Below, piece by piece: positions 34,059 through 43,365 of a stretch of DNA of 64,000 nucleotides. The translations under genes and the position numbers were made by a program. How positions within the stretch are numbered: the first letter of the stretch is position 1; each line of letters begins with the position of its first letter. The notes beneath the pieces are model-generated. The model searched no databases and was not told the DNA's origin. It worked only from the letters and a program-made list of their open reading frames with translations. The DNA is from Bacillota bacterium (GTDB lineage Bacteria; Bacillota; JAAYKD01), in assembly GCA_963666425.2 (NCBI GenBank), contig OY762825.2, forward strand, positions 160,001 to 224,000, in the 5' to 3' direction.

Positions 34059-35219
34059 ATGCTGGCTATCATTAATGCTAACTTATATCCGATTTCTACT
34101 AGCAGGTTAACTGGTGCTACCATGCTGGTGGAAAACGGTAAAATCATCGCAGTCGGTCAAAATATTGCCATCCCAAATGATGCGGAAGTGATCGACGCTG
34201 CCTCTTACACGATTCTGCCCGGCTGGGTTGACGCGCATACCCACGTCGGTATCTGGGGTGAAGCTGAAGGTCATGCCAGTTATGACGGCAATGAAGGTTC
34301 TTCTCCCATCACACCGCAGGTGCGCGGCCTGGATGCTGTCAACCCGGCGCATCACAGTTTTGCCGATGCCAGAAGCATTGGCACCACAACCGTACAGACC
34401 GGTCCCGGTTCCGGCAATATCTTAGGCGGTGAAATGCTGACCATCAAGACAGCCGGCCATGTGATTGATCAGATGGTCTTAAGGGCTCCCAGTGGAATCA
34501 AATCGGCTTTGGGTGAAAACCCAAAACGCTTCCACGGTCAGGCCATGAAGCGGATGCCTTCCACCCGGATGGGCTCTGCCGCCATGCTGCGGGAATATCT
34601 GATCAAAGGCCGCGAATATATGGCGAAGCTCAAAGAGGGCAAAGCAGATTTTGATTTGGGTCTAGAGAATATCGCGAAAGTGCTGCGCCTGGAATTGCCG
34701 CTGCGTGTGCATGCGCACCGTGCCGATGATATTGTGACCGCCACCCGCATTGCCGATGAATTTCAGATTCAAATCTCCATCGAGCATTGCACAGAAGGTC
34801 ACCTGATTGCCGATTATCTGGCGGAAAAGGGTTTTCCCGCTTGTGTGGGACCAACGCTCGGTCATCGTTCCAAAGTAGAAACACAAAACTTAAGCTTTAC
34901 CACCCCGGCGATCCTGCATGCAGCCGGCGTGAAAATTGCTTTGATTACCGATCATCCCTTCGTGCCGATTCCTTTCTATAATGTGGTTGGCGCCTTGGCG
35001 ACGGCCAATGGCTTGCCGGAAGCGGCTACCCTGCGGGCGATGACTTTATCACCGGCGGAGATCCTCGGTGTGCAGGCGCGGGTTGGTTCCCTCGAAGTGG
35101 GCAAGGACGCCGATTTTGTTATTTGGTCCGGGCATCCTTTCAAAACCCGCTCTCAGGTCCTTGCCACCTATATTGAAGGAAAGCGAGTCTATCAAAGAGA
35201 AGATCATCGCAGCAAGTAA
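34059..35219 (+). CDS. Metal-dependent amidohydrolase (paralog 2)
   Basis: PGWVDAHTH, PGSGNILGG, KSALGENPK, HAHRADD, TDHP, GSLEVGKDAD. Confidence 0.9.
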   Translation: MLAIINANLYPISTSRLTGATMLVENGKIIAVGQNIAIPNDAEVIDAASYTILPGWVDAHTHVGIWGEAEGHASYDGNEGSSPITPQVRGLDAVNPAHHSFADARSIGTTTVQTGPGSGNILGGEMLTIKTAGHVIDQMVLRAPSGIKSALGENPKRFHGQAMKRMPSTRMGSAAMLREYLIKGREYMAKLKEGKADFDLGLENIAKVLRLELPLRVHAHRADDIVTATRIADEFQIQISIEHCTEGHLIADYLAEKGFPACVGPTLGHRSKVETQNLSFTTPAILHAAGVKIALITDHPFVPIPFYNVVGALATANGLPEAATLRAMTLSPAEILGVQARVGSLEVGKDADFVIWSGHPFKTRSQVLATYIEGKRVYQREDHRSK

Positions 35220-35284
35220 CGATTTTTGAACGTTTTTTTTAAAGAACAGGAATTGGGCATAGAATGGCTGATTCCTGTTCTTTG

Positions 35285-35313
35285 TTGCTTTCCACTCGAA
35301 AAAATGATATGAT
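35285..35313 (+). promoter_or_regulatory. SigA promoter of ptb-buk
   Basis: TTGCTT-17 bp-TATGAT with extended TG, just after the hairpin at 35241-35283. Confidence 0.65.
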
Positions 35314-35346
35314 TTGAGCAAAGAAACTCCGAAGGGGGAGAGTGCC

Positions 35347-36249
35347 TTGGCTTTCCAGACTTTTGACGAACTGATCCGCTTTGCCCGGGAAAGGCAGACA
35401 AAAAAGACGGTTGCTGCGGTTTGTCCGGATGACCCGGCTACCCTGCAGGCGATCTATGACTGCCAACAGCAGGGGTTGCTGCGGGCGCTGCTAATTGGTG
35501 AAGAAGCGAAAATCCGCAGTCTTTGGCTTGCTTTAGGTGGAAAAACAGCTGAACTTGAGATCATCGACGCGAAAGACAAAACACTTGCGGCCGCGAGAGC
35601 GGTTGCGGAAATTCGGGCCGGCCGAGCTGATTTTCTAATGAAAGGAAATCTCGATACCGCGGTTTTACTGAAAGCCGTTGTGGATAAAGAAAAGGGTTTG
35701 CGCAGCGGTAAACTAATTTCACACCTGGCTTTTTTGCAGATTCCGGGTTATCATAAGTTAATCGTCCTGACCGACAGCGGTATGGTGCTGAAACCGGACC
35801 TTACTCAAAAAAAAGCCATTCTGCTCAATGCAGTACTGGCATTGCAGGCTTTGGGTTATACATGTCCCAAAGTAGGCGTTTTAGCGGCGATAGAAAAAGT
35901 CAATCCGTCGATGCCGGAAACGATCGATGCGGCTGCCCTGACCGCCATGAATCGCAGCGGTGAACTGCCAGACTGCTGGGTGGAGGGACCGATCTCTTAT
36001 GATCTGCTGATGAGCCGGGATATCGCCGAAAAGAAAGGCTATAGCAGTCCGGTTGTAGAAGACGCGGATATCATGCTGGTCAGCGATCTGACCAGCGGCA
36101 ATCTTCTGGGTAAAGCATTGACGGTTTCGGCCCATGCCCAGATGGCCGGGCTGATCGTAGGAGCCAGCGTGCCGATCGCCCTGACATCCCGCGGCTCTCA
36201 CTTGACAGAAAAATTGAACTCTCTGATTTTAGCGGCTATCTGCTGCTGA
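35347..36249 (+). CDS. ptb: Phosphate butyryltransferase / phosphate acyltransferase
   Basis: LMKGNLDT, TDSGM...P, A.EKVNP.MP.T.DA, GPISYD, GN...K, LTSR; TTG start after GGGGGAG. Confidence 0.88.
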   Translation: MAFQTFDELIRFARERQTKKTVAAVCPDDPATLQAIYDCQQQGLLRALLIGEEAKIRSLWLALGGKTAELEIIDAKDKTLAAARAVAEIRAGRADFLMKGNLDTAVLLKAVVDKEKGLRSGKLISHLAFLQIPGYHKLIVLTDSGMVLKPDLTQKKAILLNAVLALQALGYTCPKVGVLAAIEKVNPSMPETIDAAALTAMNRSGELPDCWVEGPISYDLLMSRDIAEKKGYSSPVVEDADIMLVSDLTSGNLLGKALTVSAHAQMAGLIVGASVPIALTSRGSHLTEKLNSLILAAICC

Positions 36250-36258
36250 GGAGGCATC

Positions 36259-37329
36259 ATGCAGACCATCTTAGTGCTCAACCCCGGTTCCACTTCCACC
36301 AAAGTGGCGCTGTTTCAGGACAAAAACAAGCGGTATGAGTGTAATTTGCAGCATGCGTCCGCTGTTTTAAAACAATTTCCTCAGATCAATGATCAGATCG
36401 AACTGCGCAAAGCGGCGGTCTTAGCTTATTTACAAGAGATTGGTTTTGATGCCAAAGCGTTGACTGCCATCGCCGCCCGCGGCGGGGTGATCGGTCAATT
36501 GGAAAGCGGCGCATATCGGATTGATGCAGCCTTAGCCCAAGCTTCGCGACTTTCCCCGGCACCGCATGCCTCCAATTTGGCGCCGATTATCGCCTACGAA
36601 TTATCTGAGCAGTGGCAGCGGCCGGCCTATATCTATGATCCTGTCTGTGGCTGCGGCATACCTGAATCGCTCTATACGATTTCCGGGATCAAAGAACTGC
36701 CCAGACCGTTTTTAACCCATGTTCTGAACAGCAGAGCGGTTTGTTTTGAATATGCTGCCCGTGAAGGAATTGATGTCCTGCGCAGCAGTTTTATTGTGAC
36801 GCATCTGGGCGGCGGTATCACCAGCAATCTGATTCGCAACGGCAAAATTCTGGATTTGGTGGGAGACGATGAAGGCACTTTTTCACCGGAACGCTCCGGT
36901 GGTGTGCCTTGCCGTGCTTTGGTCAAATTATGTTATTCTGGCCGCTATACGGAAAGAGAAATGCAGACGCTGCTGAAAGGCAAAGGCGGTTTGGTCGCTT
37001 ACCTCGGCAGCAATGATTTTATCGAAGTGGAAAAGCGAGCCTATGATCAGCAAGACGCAGAAGCCTTGCTGCTGATCCAGGCGTTGGCACTGCAGATTGC
37101 CAAGGATATCGGTTCATTAGCGACCGTGGTCAACGGTGAGGTGGATGCGATCCTGCTGACGGGAGGTTTGGCGCATTCCGCCAGGCTTTGCGGCCTGATC
37201 ACGCAGAGAATTCGCTTTTTGGCTCCTGTTGCCGTGCTGGCCGGTTCGCGCGAAATGGAAGCCTTGGCTTTCGGTGTGCTGCGGGTTTTAAATGGTGAAG
37301 AAGCGGCACACACTTTTCAGGAGGCATGA
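36259..37329 (+). CDS. buk: Butyrate kinase
   Basis: NPGSTSTK, HASNL, H.LN.RAV, HLGGG, FSPERSG, LTGGLAHS, EMEAL. Confidence 0.92.
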   Translation: MQTILVLNPGSTSTKVALFQDKNKRYECNLQHASAVLKQFPQINDQIELRKAAVLAYLQEIGFDAKALTAIAARGGVIGQLESGAYRIDAALAQASRLSPAPHASNLAPIIAYELSEQWQRPAYIYDPVCGCGIPESLYTISGIKELPRPFLTHVLNSRAVCFEYAAREGIDVLRSSFIVTHLGGGITSNLIRNGKILDLVGDDEGTFSPERSGGVPCRALVKLCYSGRYTEREMQTLLKGKGGLVAYLGSNDFIEVEKRAYDQQDAEALLLIQALALQIAKDIGSLATVVNGEVDAILLTGGLAHSARLCGLITQRIRFLAPVAVLAGSREMEALAFGVLRVLNGEEAAHTFQEA

Positions 37330-37389
37330 AAGCTGCTGAAAACCGGCGAGTGGAGCTTGAGCAGAATGAACTGGGAGGGAGACCGAACC

Positions 37390-38721
37390 ATGGATCTTTT
37401 TGATTTGGCGGCTGCGGACGACAACAAACGCAGCGAGCCGCTGGCCTCGCGCATGCGGCCGCAGACTTTGGATGAAATCATCGGACAGGAAGCAATCATC
37501 GGCAAAGGAACCCAACTGCGCCGTGCGATCGAGGCGGACCGCATCGGTTCGATTATTTTCTACGGTCCGCCCGGCAGTGGGAAAACGACCATTGCCCGTC
37601 TGATTGCCCATTACACCAAAGCGGAATTTCATTCGCTTAGCGCGGTGTCTGCCGGCGTTGCCGATGTAAAAAAAGTGATCGCCGACGCGGCGGATTTTCG
37701 CAAAATGTACCGCAAAAAAACTATCCTCTTTGTGGATGAGATTCATCGCTTCAACAAGGCGCAGCAGGATGCTTTGCTCTCGGCGGTGGAAGAGGGGATC
37801 ATCGGCCTGATCGGCGCCACCACGGCCAATCCTTTTTTTGATGTCAACTCGGCGCTCCTGAGCCGAGCGCGAATTTATAAATTGAACCCTCTGACAGCGG
37901 TGAGTCTGGAAACCATCCTGCGGCAGGCAATGAGCGATAAAGAACGCGGTTTGGGCGAACTGCCTTTAGAAATTGAAACGGAAGCGATGCAGCACCTGAT
38001 CAACAGCGCCAACGGCGATGCCCGCAAAGCGCTCAATGGTTTGGAACTGGCAGCGCTGACGACAGCACCGGGAGGGAACGGTAAAATCCAACTGACACTG
38101 GAGATCATCGCGGAAGCGATGCAGAGCAAAGCCTTACGCTATGATAAAGACGGCGATCAGCATTATGACATTATTTCGGCTTTTATCAAATCGATGCGCG
38201 GCAGTGATCCGGATGCGGCTTTGTTTTGGCTGGCTGCCATGCTGGCAGCGGGGGAGAGCCCCCGTTTTATCGCCCGACGCGTGGTGATCTGTGCCAGTGA
38301 AGATGTCGGTAATGCCGACCCCATGGCTTTGTTGGTAGCCAATGCCGCTGCGCAGGCGGTTGAGTTGATCGGTCTGCCGGAAGCACGCATTAATCTGGCG
38401 CAGGCCGTTTCTTATGTCGCCTCGGCTGCCAAAAGCAACGCCTCTTACAAAGCCTATGAAGCGGCTGCTGCCGCAGTCGAACAGGCGGAAAACATTGAAG
38501 TACCGCTGCATCTGCGCGACGCCAGTTATCAAGGGGCAAAATCGTTCGGCCACGGCCAGGGTTATCAGTATGCGCATGATTATCCGGAGCACTTTGTCAA
38601 ACAGCAGTACTTACCGACTGCGCTGCAGGAAGCTAGTTTCTACCAACCGACAGAAAACGGTCAGGAAGCTAAGATTAAAGCGCGCTTACGGCGGCTTTGG
38701 AGAGATCGTTATGATTTTTGA
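37390..38721 (+). CDS. rarA: Replication-associated recombination protein A
   Basis: [46 protein letters not shown]. Confidence 0.95.
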   Translation: MDLFDLAAADDNKRSEPLASRMRPQTLDEIIGQEAIIGKGTQLRRAIEADRIGSIIFYGPPGSGKTTIARLIAHYTKAEFHSLSAVSAGVADVKKVIADAADFRKMYRKKTILFVDEIHRFNKAQQDALLSAVEEGIIGLIGATTANPFFDVNSALLSRARIYKLNPLTAVSLETILRQAMSDKERGLGELPLEIETEAMQHLINSANGDARKALNGLELAALTTAPGGNGKIQLTLEIIAEAMQSKALRYDKDGDQHYDIISAFIKSMRGSDPDAALFWLAAMLAAGESPRFIARRVVICASEDVGNADPMALLVANAAAQAVELIGLPEARINLAQAVSYVASAAKSNASYKAYEAAAAAVEQAENIEVPLHLRDASYQGAKSFGHGQGYQYAHDYPEHFVKQQYLPTALQEASFYQPTENGQEAKIKARLRRLWRDRYDF

Positions 38722-39334
38722 GTATTTTGTGCCCGATCATCCCGCCTCCGTGAAAATTGCTGTGGGGCTCTGCCGTTTCATAGGTAATGCAGCCGAAGTA
38801 GAGAAGGAAGCAGATATAAAAAATTTCCTGGAGGAAATGAAAAGAAAATATCCGGACGCTTCGCATCACTGTTGGGCCTACCGGCTCGGTTATGACAATC
38901 GCGCCACCTTTCGTTACAGCGATGACGGTGAGCCGTCACAAACGGCAGGTGCTCCGATTCTGACCGCCATCGACCATCTCAAGCTGACCAATACAATGGT
39001 GATTGTCACACGTTATTATGGCGGCGTCAATCAGGGGGTCGGCGGCTTGATCCGGGCATACCATGCGGCGGCAGCCGCTGTGCTGCAGGAAGCCGGCTGC
39101 AAGACTGTAACGATCCTTACCGAAATTAGAATTCCCTGCCGTTATGATCAAATCGGTTTGGTCACACGGGAATTGGAAGCGATCCATGCCGGCATTGTTG
39201 CCACAGAATATCAAATGGAAGTGTTGGTACAGGCAAAAATCCGTCCGGTGGACCTGGCACGCTTCTCGGCGCGCCTGTTTGATTTATCCAGCGGCACCAT
39301 TCAAGTAATAAGAACAGAGGAAGAAGCAGAGTGA
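38711..39334 (+). CDS. YigZ/IMPACT family protein
   Basis: ASHHCWAY, SDDGEPSQTAG.P, VTRYYGG...G.GGL.RAY; ATG 38711 overlaps the rarA end. Confidence 0.88.
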   Translation: MIFEYFVPDHPASVKIAVGLCRFIGNAAEVEKEADIKNFLEEMKRKYPDASHHCWAYRLGYDNRATFRYSDDGEPSQTAGAPILTAIDHLKLTNTMVIVTRYYGGVNQGVGGLIRAYHAAAAAVLQEAGCKTVTILTEIRIPCRYDQIGLVTRELEAIHAGIVATEYQMEVLVQAKIRPVDLARFSARLFDLSSGTIQVIRTEEEAE

Positions 39335-40437
39335 TGAAAAAACAACGGGTACTGATGGCGATGAGCGGCGGTGTGGACAGTTCCTTAGCCGCTTGTTTAT
39401 TGCAGGAGCAAGGTTATGAAGTGATTGGAGCGACAATTCGCAATTGGACCCCACCCGGATGGGAAGAATTGACCGCTGAGGTGGGCGGCTGCTGTTCACT
39501 TTCCACGGTAGAGGATGCCAGACGAGTGGCGTTTCAGCTGGGGATTCCTTTTTATGTGCTGAATTTCGCCGATGCTTTTGAGAATGAAGTAGTCAAGCCT
39601 TTTGCCGCAGCCTATCTGGCGGGGGAAACCCCGAATCCTTGCGTGCTCTGTAATAAGACCATGCGTTTTGGTTTGCTTTATCATAAAGCGAGAGAATTGG
39701 AAGCCGATTTTGTTGCCACCGGTCATTATGCCCGTGTGCACTATGCCGACGAGCGTTATCATTTGCTGAAAGGGCTCGATGCCAAAAAAGATCAAAGTTA
39801 TATGCTCTATACCGCAACGCAGCAGGCTCTGGCCATGACACTGTATCCGCTTGGCGCTTACAACAAGGAACAGACCCGACAAATGGCACGTGAGAGGGGT
39901 TTGGCGGTCGCGGGGAAACCGGACAGCCAGGATGTCTGCTTTATCCCGGATGGCAACATCGAAGGATTCCTTGCTGCTTATCGACCCGGCAATTATGCGG
40001 GTGAGATCGTTTACCGTGACGGACGGATTCTGGGCAGACATACAGGCTATCAGCAGTTTACGATCGGACAAAGAAAAGGGCTTGGTCTTGCCTGGCCGCA
40101 GCCGCTCTATGTACTGAAGATTGATGCCGTCAGCAAAAGGGTCATCGTTGCTGAAAAAGAATTCCTCTACAGCAACCGCTTACAGGCCGATCAGCTGAAT
40201 TGGATTGCCTTTGATGCGCTGCAGGAACCCTTGCAGGTATCAGCCAAAATTCGTTATGCGGCAAAGCCGGTGGATGTGCTGATCAGTCCGTCTTGCGACG
40301 GCAACTGCAGCGTTGAATTTAAAGAAGAGCAGCGGTCGGTTACGCCCGGTCAGGCCATTGTATTTTATAAAGGCGACGAGGTGCTCGGCGGCGGCAGGAT
40401 TCGTCAAATATTCGGTGAAGAGGAGAGAGAAGCATGA
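39331..40437 (+). CDS. mnmA: tRNA 2-thiouridylase MnmA
   Basis: AMSGGVDSS, TPNPCVLCN, ATGHY, KDQSY, TIGQRKGL, TPGQ. Confidence 0.96.
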   Translation: MMKKQRVLMAMSGGVDSSLAACLLQEQGYEVIGATIRNWTPPGWEELTAEVGGCCSLSTVEDARRVAFQLGIPFYVLNFADAFENEVVKPFAAAYLAGETPNPCVLCNKTMRFGLLYHKARELEADFVATGHYARVHYADERYHLLKGLDAKKDQSYMLYTATQQALAMTLYPLGAYNKEQTRQMARERGLAVAGKPDSQDVCFIPDGNIEGFLAAYRPGNYAGEIVYRDGRILGRHTGYQQFTIGQRKGLGLAWPQPLYVLKIDAVSKRVIVAEKEFLYSNRLQADQLNWIAFDALQEPLQVSAKIRYAAKPVDVLISPSCDGNCSVEFKEEQRSVTPGQAIVFYKGDEVLGGGRIRQIFGEEEREA

Positions 40438-40700
40438 TAGAGACACAAACGATTGATTTTTGTGAAGATAACTTACGTTCAGTGGCAGGCGCTGCCGAAA
40501 CGGCAGAAAAAATCAAAGCAGCGCTGCGGGATACACCGCTGCGTTTTTATACGCAGCGGTGTATCAATGCCTGCCGACCGTGCCATCGCAGCAGTTTAAT
40601 CTTAAGATTAAACGATGAATTGATCGAAGCTGAAACAAACGAAGAAATCATGGAAAAAATACTAAAAAAATTCAACCAAAGCGCTTGCGAAAATAGTTAG
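40434..40700 (+). CDS. DUF1450/YuzB-like small Cys-containing protein
   Basis: IDFC..NL and CxxxCxxC...LN.E.IEA.T.EE pattern. Confidence 0.6.
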   Translation: MIETQTIDFCEDNLRSVAGAAETAEKIKAALRDTPLRFYTQRCINACRPCHRSSLILRLNDELIEAETNEEIMEKILKKFNQSACENS

Positions 40701-40713
40701 AATGTGTTATATT
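40685..40713 (+). promoter_or_regulatory. SigA promoter of tRNA-Leu
   Basis: TTGCGA-17 bp-TATATT with extended TG. Confidence 0.65.
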
Positions 40714-40734
40714 CTTGATGCGCCAGAAAAACAT

Positions 40735-40820
40735 GCCGGAGTGGCGGAATGGCAGACGCACTTGACTCAAAATCAAGCGTATTTACGTACATGCCGGTTC
40801 AAGTCCGGCCTTCGGCACCA
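40735..40820 (+). tRNA. tRNA-Leu(CAA)
   Basis: GCCGGAG acceptor stem, D-loop GGAATGGCAGAC, anticodon arm CTTGA-CTCAAAA-TCAAG, long variable arm, GGTTCAAGTCC T-arm, encoded CCA. Confidence 0.96.
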
Positions 40821-40821
40821 T

Positions 40822-40872
40822 AACAGTTAAGGCAACTGATACAATCGTATCAGTTGCCTTAACTGTTTTTTA
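40822..40872 (+). terminator. Perfect 21-bp hairpin terminator after the tRNA
   Basis: AACAGTTAAGGCAACTGATAC-AATC-GTATCAGTTGCCTTAACTGTT followed by a T-tract. Confidence 0.85.
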
Positions 40873-40919
40873 TGCCCCCCGAAATGAATGGAAAGCAGAA
40901 GCTTATTACAGCGAACAAA

Positions 40920-41225
40920 AAGTGGCTTAAACCTCTTACCTCTATGGCAGGATATCTCACCTGTTCGCTTAAAAAAATGTCGTTCAACTTGGCGATATTT
41001 GACCGAAACGCTGCAAACAAGGTTTCTGACGAGTTGCCTGATATTAAAAATAAATACATAGGTGGTCATTCGAGGGGGGGAATGGCAAGCAGTTATGCTG
41101 CAAATAATAAAGATAAGATCAAAGGTAATATTTTTCTCGTCGATAAGCAGAGAAGACCAACAGGATATAGCAGTAAAAGTGATTTTAGACTCCATACAGG
41201 AGAAATACAAAGAATGATGTTTTGA
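40920..41225 (+). pseudogene. Degraded alpha/beta hydrolase remnant
   Basis: M.FNLAIFD.NAA...YIGGHSRGG (GxSxG)...DKIKG.IFL, then a C-terminal ISREDQQDIAV segment in another frame; no proper start and an internal deletion. Confidence 0.6.
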
Positions 41226-41591
41226 TGTCACTTCATCATAAACAATATTGTAATTAGACAAGTGAAAAGAGGATCAATAGGAAAGCTGCACTTATTTATT
41301 TTTCAATTGAAGGTAACACGAAATATGTCGCAGAATAAATAGTAAAAGTATTAGATGCAGACATGATACAGAGGATGCCGGCAAAGAAATATCCAACGGG
41401 TAAAGTCAGAAAATTTTTAGGGTGTGAGAAAAGTGCTGCTTTTAAAGAAAAATGCATGCCTTTCTGTTGATTATCTATAGCGGAGTTTTCAGCAACGATG
41501 TTCTTTGATGATATAATAACTGCATCGCGGCAAGAGTCTAAAAAGGGTACCAATCAAGAAATTTAGAACAAAACGGAAGGAGGATTTTTAA

Positions 41592-42383
41592 ATGGAACTA
41601 GATCAATTTGCACGATTACGCAGGTTTAATTTGATTATGGGGGCGTTGCACTTTGTTCAGGGACTGGCGATGCTTTTTCTTGCAACTTCGGTTATTCAGA
41701 ATATTGCTGAGTTCAAGCCGACAATTATTCAGTTTTATCTGACGTTTGATCCGCAATCCCAATCACTTGTTTCTGCTTCGAGAACACTTTTTGATTTGCC
41801 GTTTGGTATTTTAGTGGCGATTTTTCTTTTGCTATCGGCCTTCTTTCACGGACTGATTGCTTTACCAAAAGGGATGAATGCGATCTATAACAGAGATTTG
41901 GCAAAGGGTATTAATAAATTCCGCTGGTTTGAATACTCTCTTAGCTCATCCATAATGATCGTTTTGATTTCCACTCTATTTGGCATATATGATATTGCTA
42001 CCTTATTATTGATTTTTATCGTCAATGCTTCCATGAATCTGTTTGGTTTGGTTATGGAACAATTGAACGAAGGCAGCAACAAAGACAATGTGCGATGGGG
42101 ACCTTTTATCTGGGGTTCGCTTGCAGGGATTGCTCCCTGGATAACGATTTTGTTATATATGTTTGGTACGGGTGAATTCAGTCGGGTTCCTTGGTTTGTC
42201 TGGGCTATCGTCGGAACCTATTTCGTTGCATTCAACACGTTCCCTGTTAACATGATCCTGCAGTACAAGAGAATCGGGAAATGGAGCAACTACCTTTATG
42301 GAGAAAGAACGTACATTGTTCTAAGTCTTGTAGCCAAATCGATTCTGGCCTGGCTGGTTCTGTTTGGTGCAATGCAGCCATGA
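41592..42383 (+). CDS. Heliorhodopsin
   Basis: LRRFN..MG.LH..Q, SAFFH, N.FRWFEYSLSSS.M, GL.ME, YGER.Y..LSLVAKS.LAW (retinal-binding Lys); AAGGAGG RBS; extended -10 TGATATAAT at 41509-41517. Confidence 0.95.
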   Translation: MELDQFARLRRFNLIMGALHFVQGLAMLFLATSVIQNIAEFKPTIIQFYLTFDPQSQSLVSASRTLFDLPFGILVAIFLLLSAFFHGLIALPKGMNAIYNRDLAKGINKFRWFEYSLSSSIMIVLISTLFGIYDIATLLLIFIVNASMNLFGLVMEQLNEGSNKDNVRWGPFIWGSLAGIAPWITILLYMFGTGEFSRVPWFVWAIVGTYFVAFNTFPVNMILQYKRIGKWSNYLYGERTYIVLSLVAKSILAWLVLFGAMQP

Positions 42384-42432
42384 TTGGAGTGCCGGAGCGG
42401 TCATATGAGTTAATGGGCAGGAGGGCACATCA

Positions 42433-42828
42433 ATGAACCAATGGTATGAAAAACTAGCGAAACCCTCCTGGTCTCCTCCCGCCCGTCTTTTTGGCCCAGT
42501 ATGGACGGTGCTCTATATTGGCATTGTGTTCACATATGGTGTAGTAACGGTTATGTTTGCGAAATCGCAAATATCATGGTTTGTTATATTGCCATTTCTG
42601 GTAAATATATTGTTTAACTTTGCTTTTACACCTTTGCAATTTAAGCTTAGAAATAATAATCTCGCTCTTATCGATATTATTCTGGTACTTATCACGCTGA
42701 TTTGGGCTTTGCTAGCAATATTTCCGTTTGCTCCTTGGATTTCATGGGTAAACATTCCCTATCTGCTATGGGTTACCTTTGCCACAGTACTGCAATCAAG
42801 TATTACCTGGCTGAATAGATCAATATGA
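42433..42828 (+). CDS. tspO: TspO/MBR family tryptophan-rich sensory protein (short form)
   Basis: WY..L.KPSWSPP..LFGPVWTVLY, N..FT, LALIDI, PYLLWV.FA; AGGAGG RBS. Confidence 0.9.
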   Translation: MNQWYEKLAKPSWSPPARLFGPVWTVLYIGIVFTYGVVTVMFAKSQISWFVILPFLVNILFNFAFTPLQFKLRNNNLALIDIILVLITLIWALLAIFPFAPWISWVNIPYLLWVTFATVLQSSITWLNRSI

Positions 42829-42889
42829 GATGACTGCCTAATCGGTTACATACATAGAAGGGATCGGCACAGATCCAGAAGGAGTCGAG

Positions 42890-43216
42890 ATGAATAGAAG
42901 AATGAAACGAGCGCTCATTGGCGGGGCACTGCTGGGACTTGTCTGTGTGGTGGGAGCATATGTTAGGTCTGGGTTTACCGCTTCTCCGATATTTGTGTTC
43001 TCACTCTGGTACAACCGGGTTATCCTCGGTCTGGTCGTAGGTGCCCCCTGGATTGTTATGGTCCGAAGTAAGGCATTGTTACGTGGCGCTGTTCTTGGGC
43101 TTATGGTTTCCTTTGCATTCTAAAGTTCTACCGGATTTCAAGATCATATAAGTTTTGTAGCAGGAATTTTGTATGGCGTGATACTGGAAGGATGGCTTAG
43201 CCGACCTGAAAAATAA
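42890..43216 (+). pseudogene. Small multi-TM membrane protein interrupted by an in-frame TAA at 43121
   Basis: AAGGAG RBS; the same frame continues after the stop as SSTGFQDHISFVAGILYGVILEGWLSRPEK*, adding one more TM segment. Confidence 0.65.
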
Positions 43217-43365
43217 ATGGAATAGAGAAAAAGTATAAAGCTTATTAGTTGGAGTGCTACGATAAAAGTAGAGTCTGAATCGCGGGGAGATGCTATACTA
43301 AAAAGTATACGTATAAGGAGAGCGATAGAGGATGTTGTTGCGTCCAAGTAGCTTTGGCTGCAAAC

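Noticed and set aside
38414-38710. N-terminal extension of the YigZ ORF in the track
   Set aside because: It overlaps rarA by about 300 nt; ATG 38711 gives a normal-length protein
41296-41553. 85-aa minus-strand ORF upstream of heliorhodopsin
   Set aside because: No RBS or motif, and it overlaps the HeR promoter; at most a fragment
43121-43123. Recoded stop (selenocysteine or pyrrolysine) in the small membrane gene
   Set aside because: The codon is TAA, not TGA or TAG; a simple nonsense change or error is more likely
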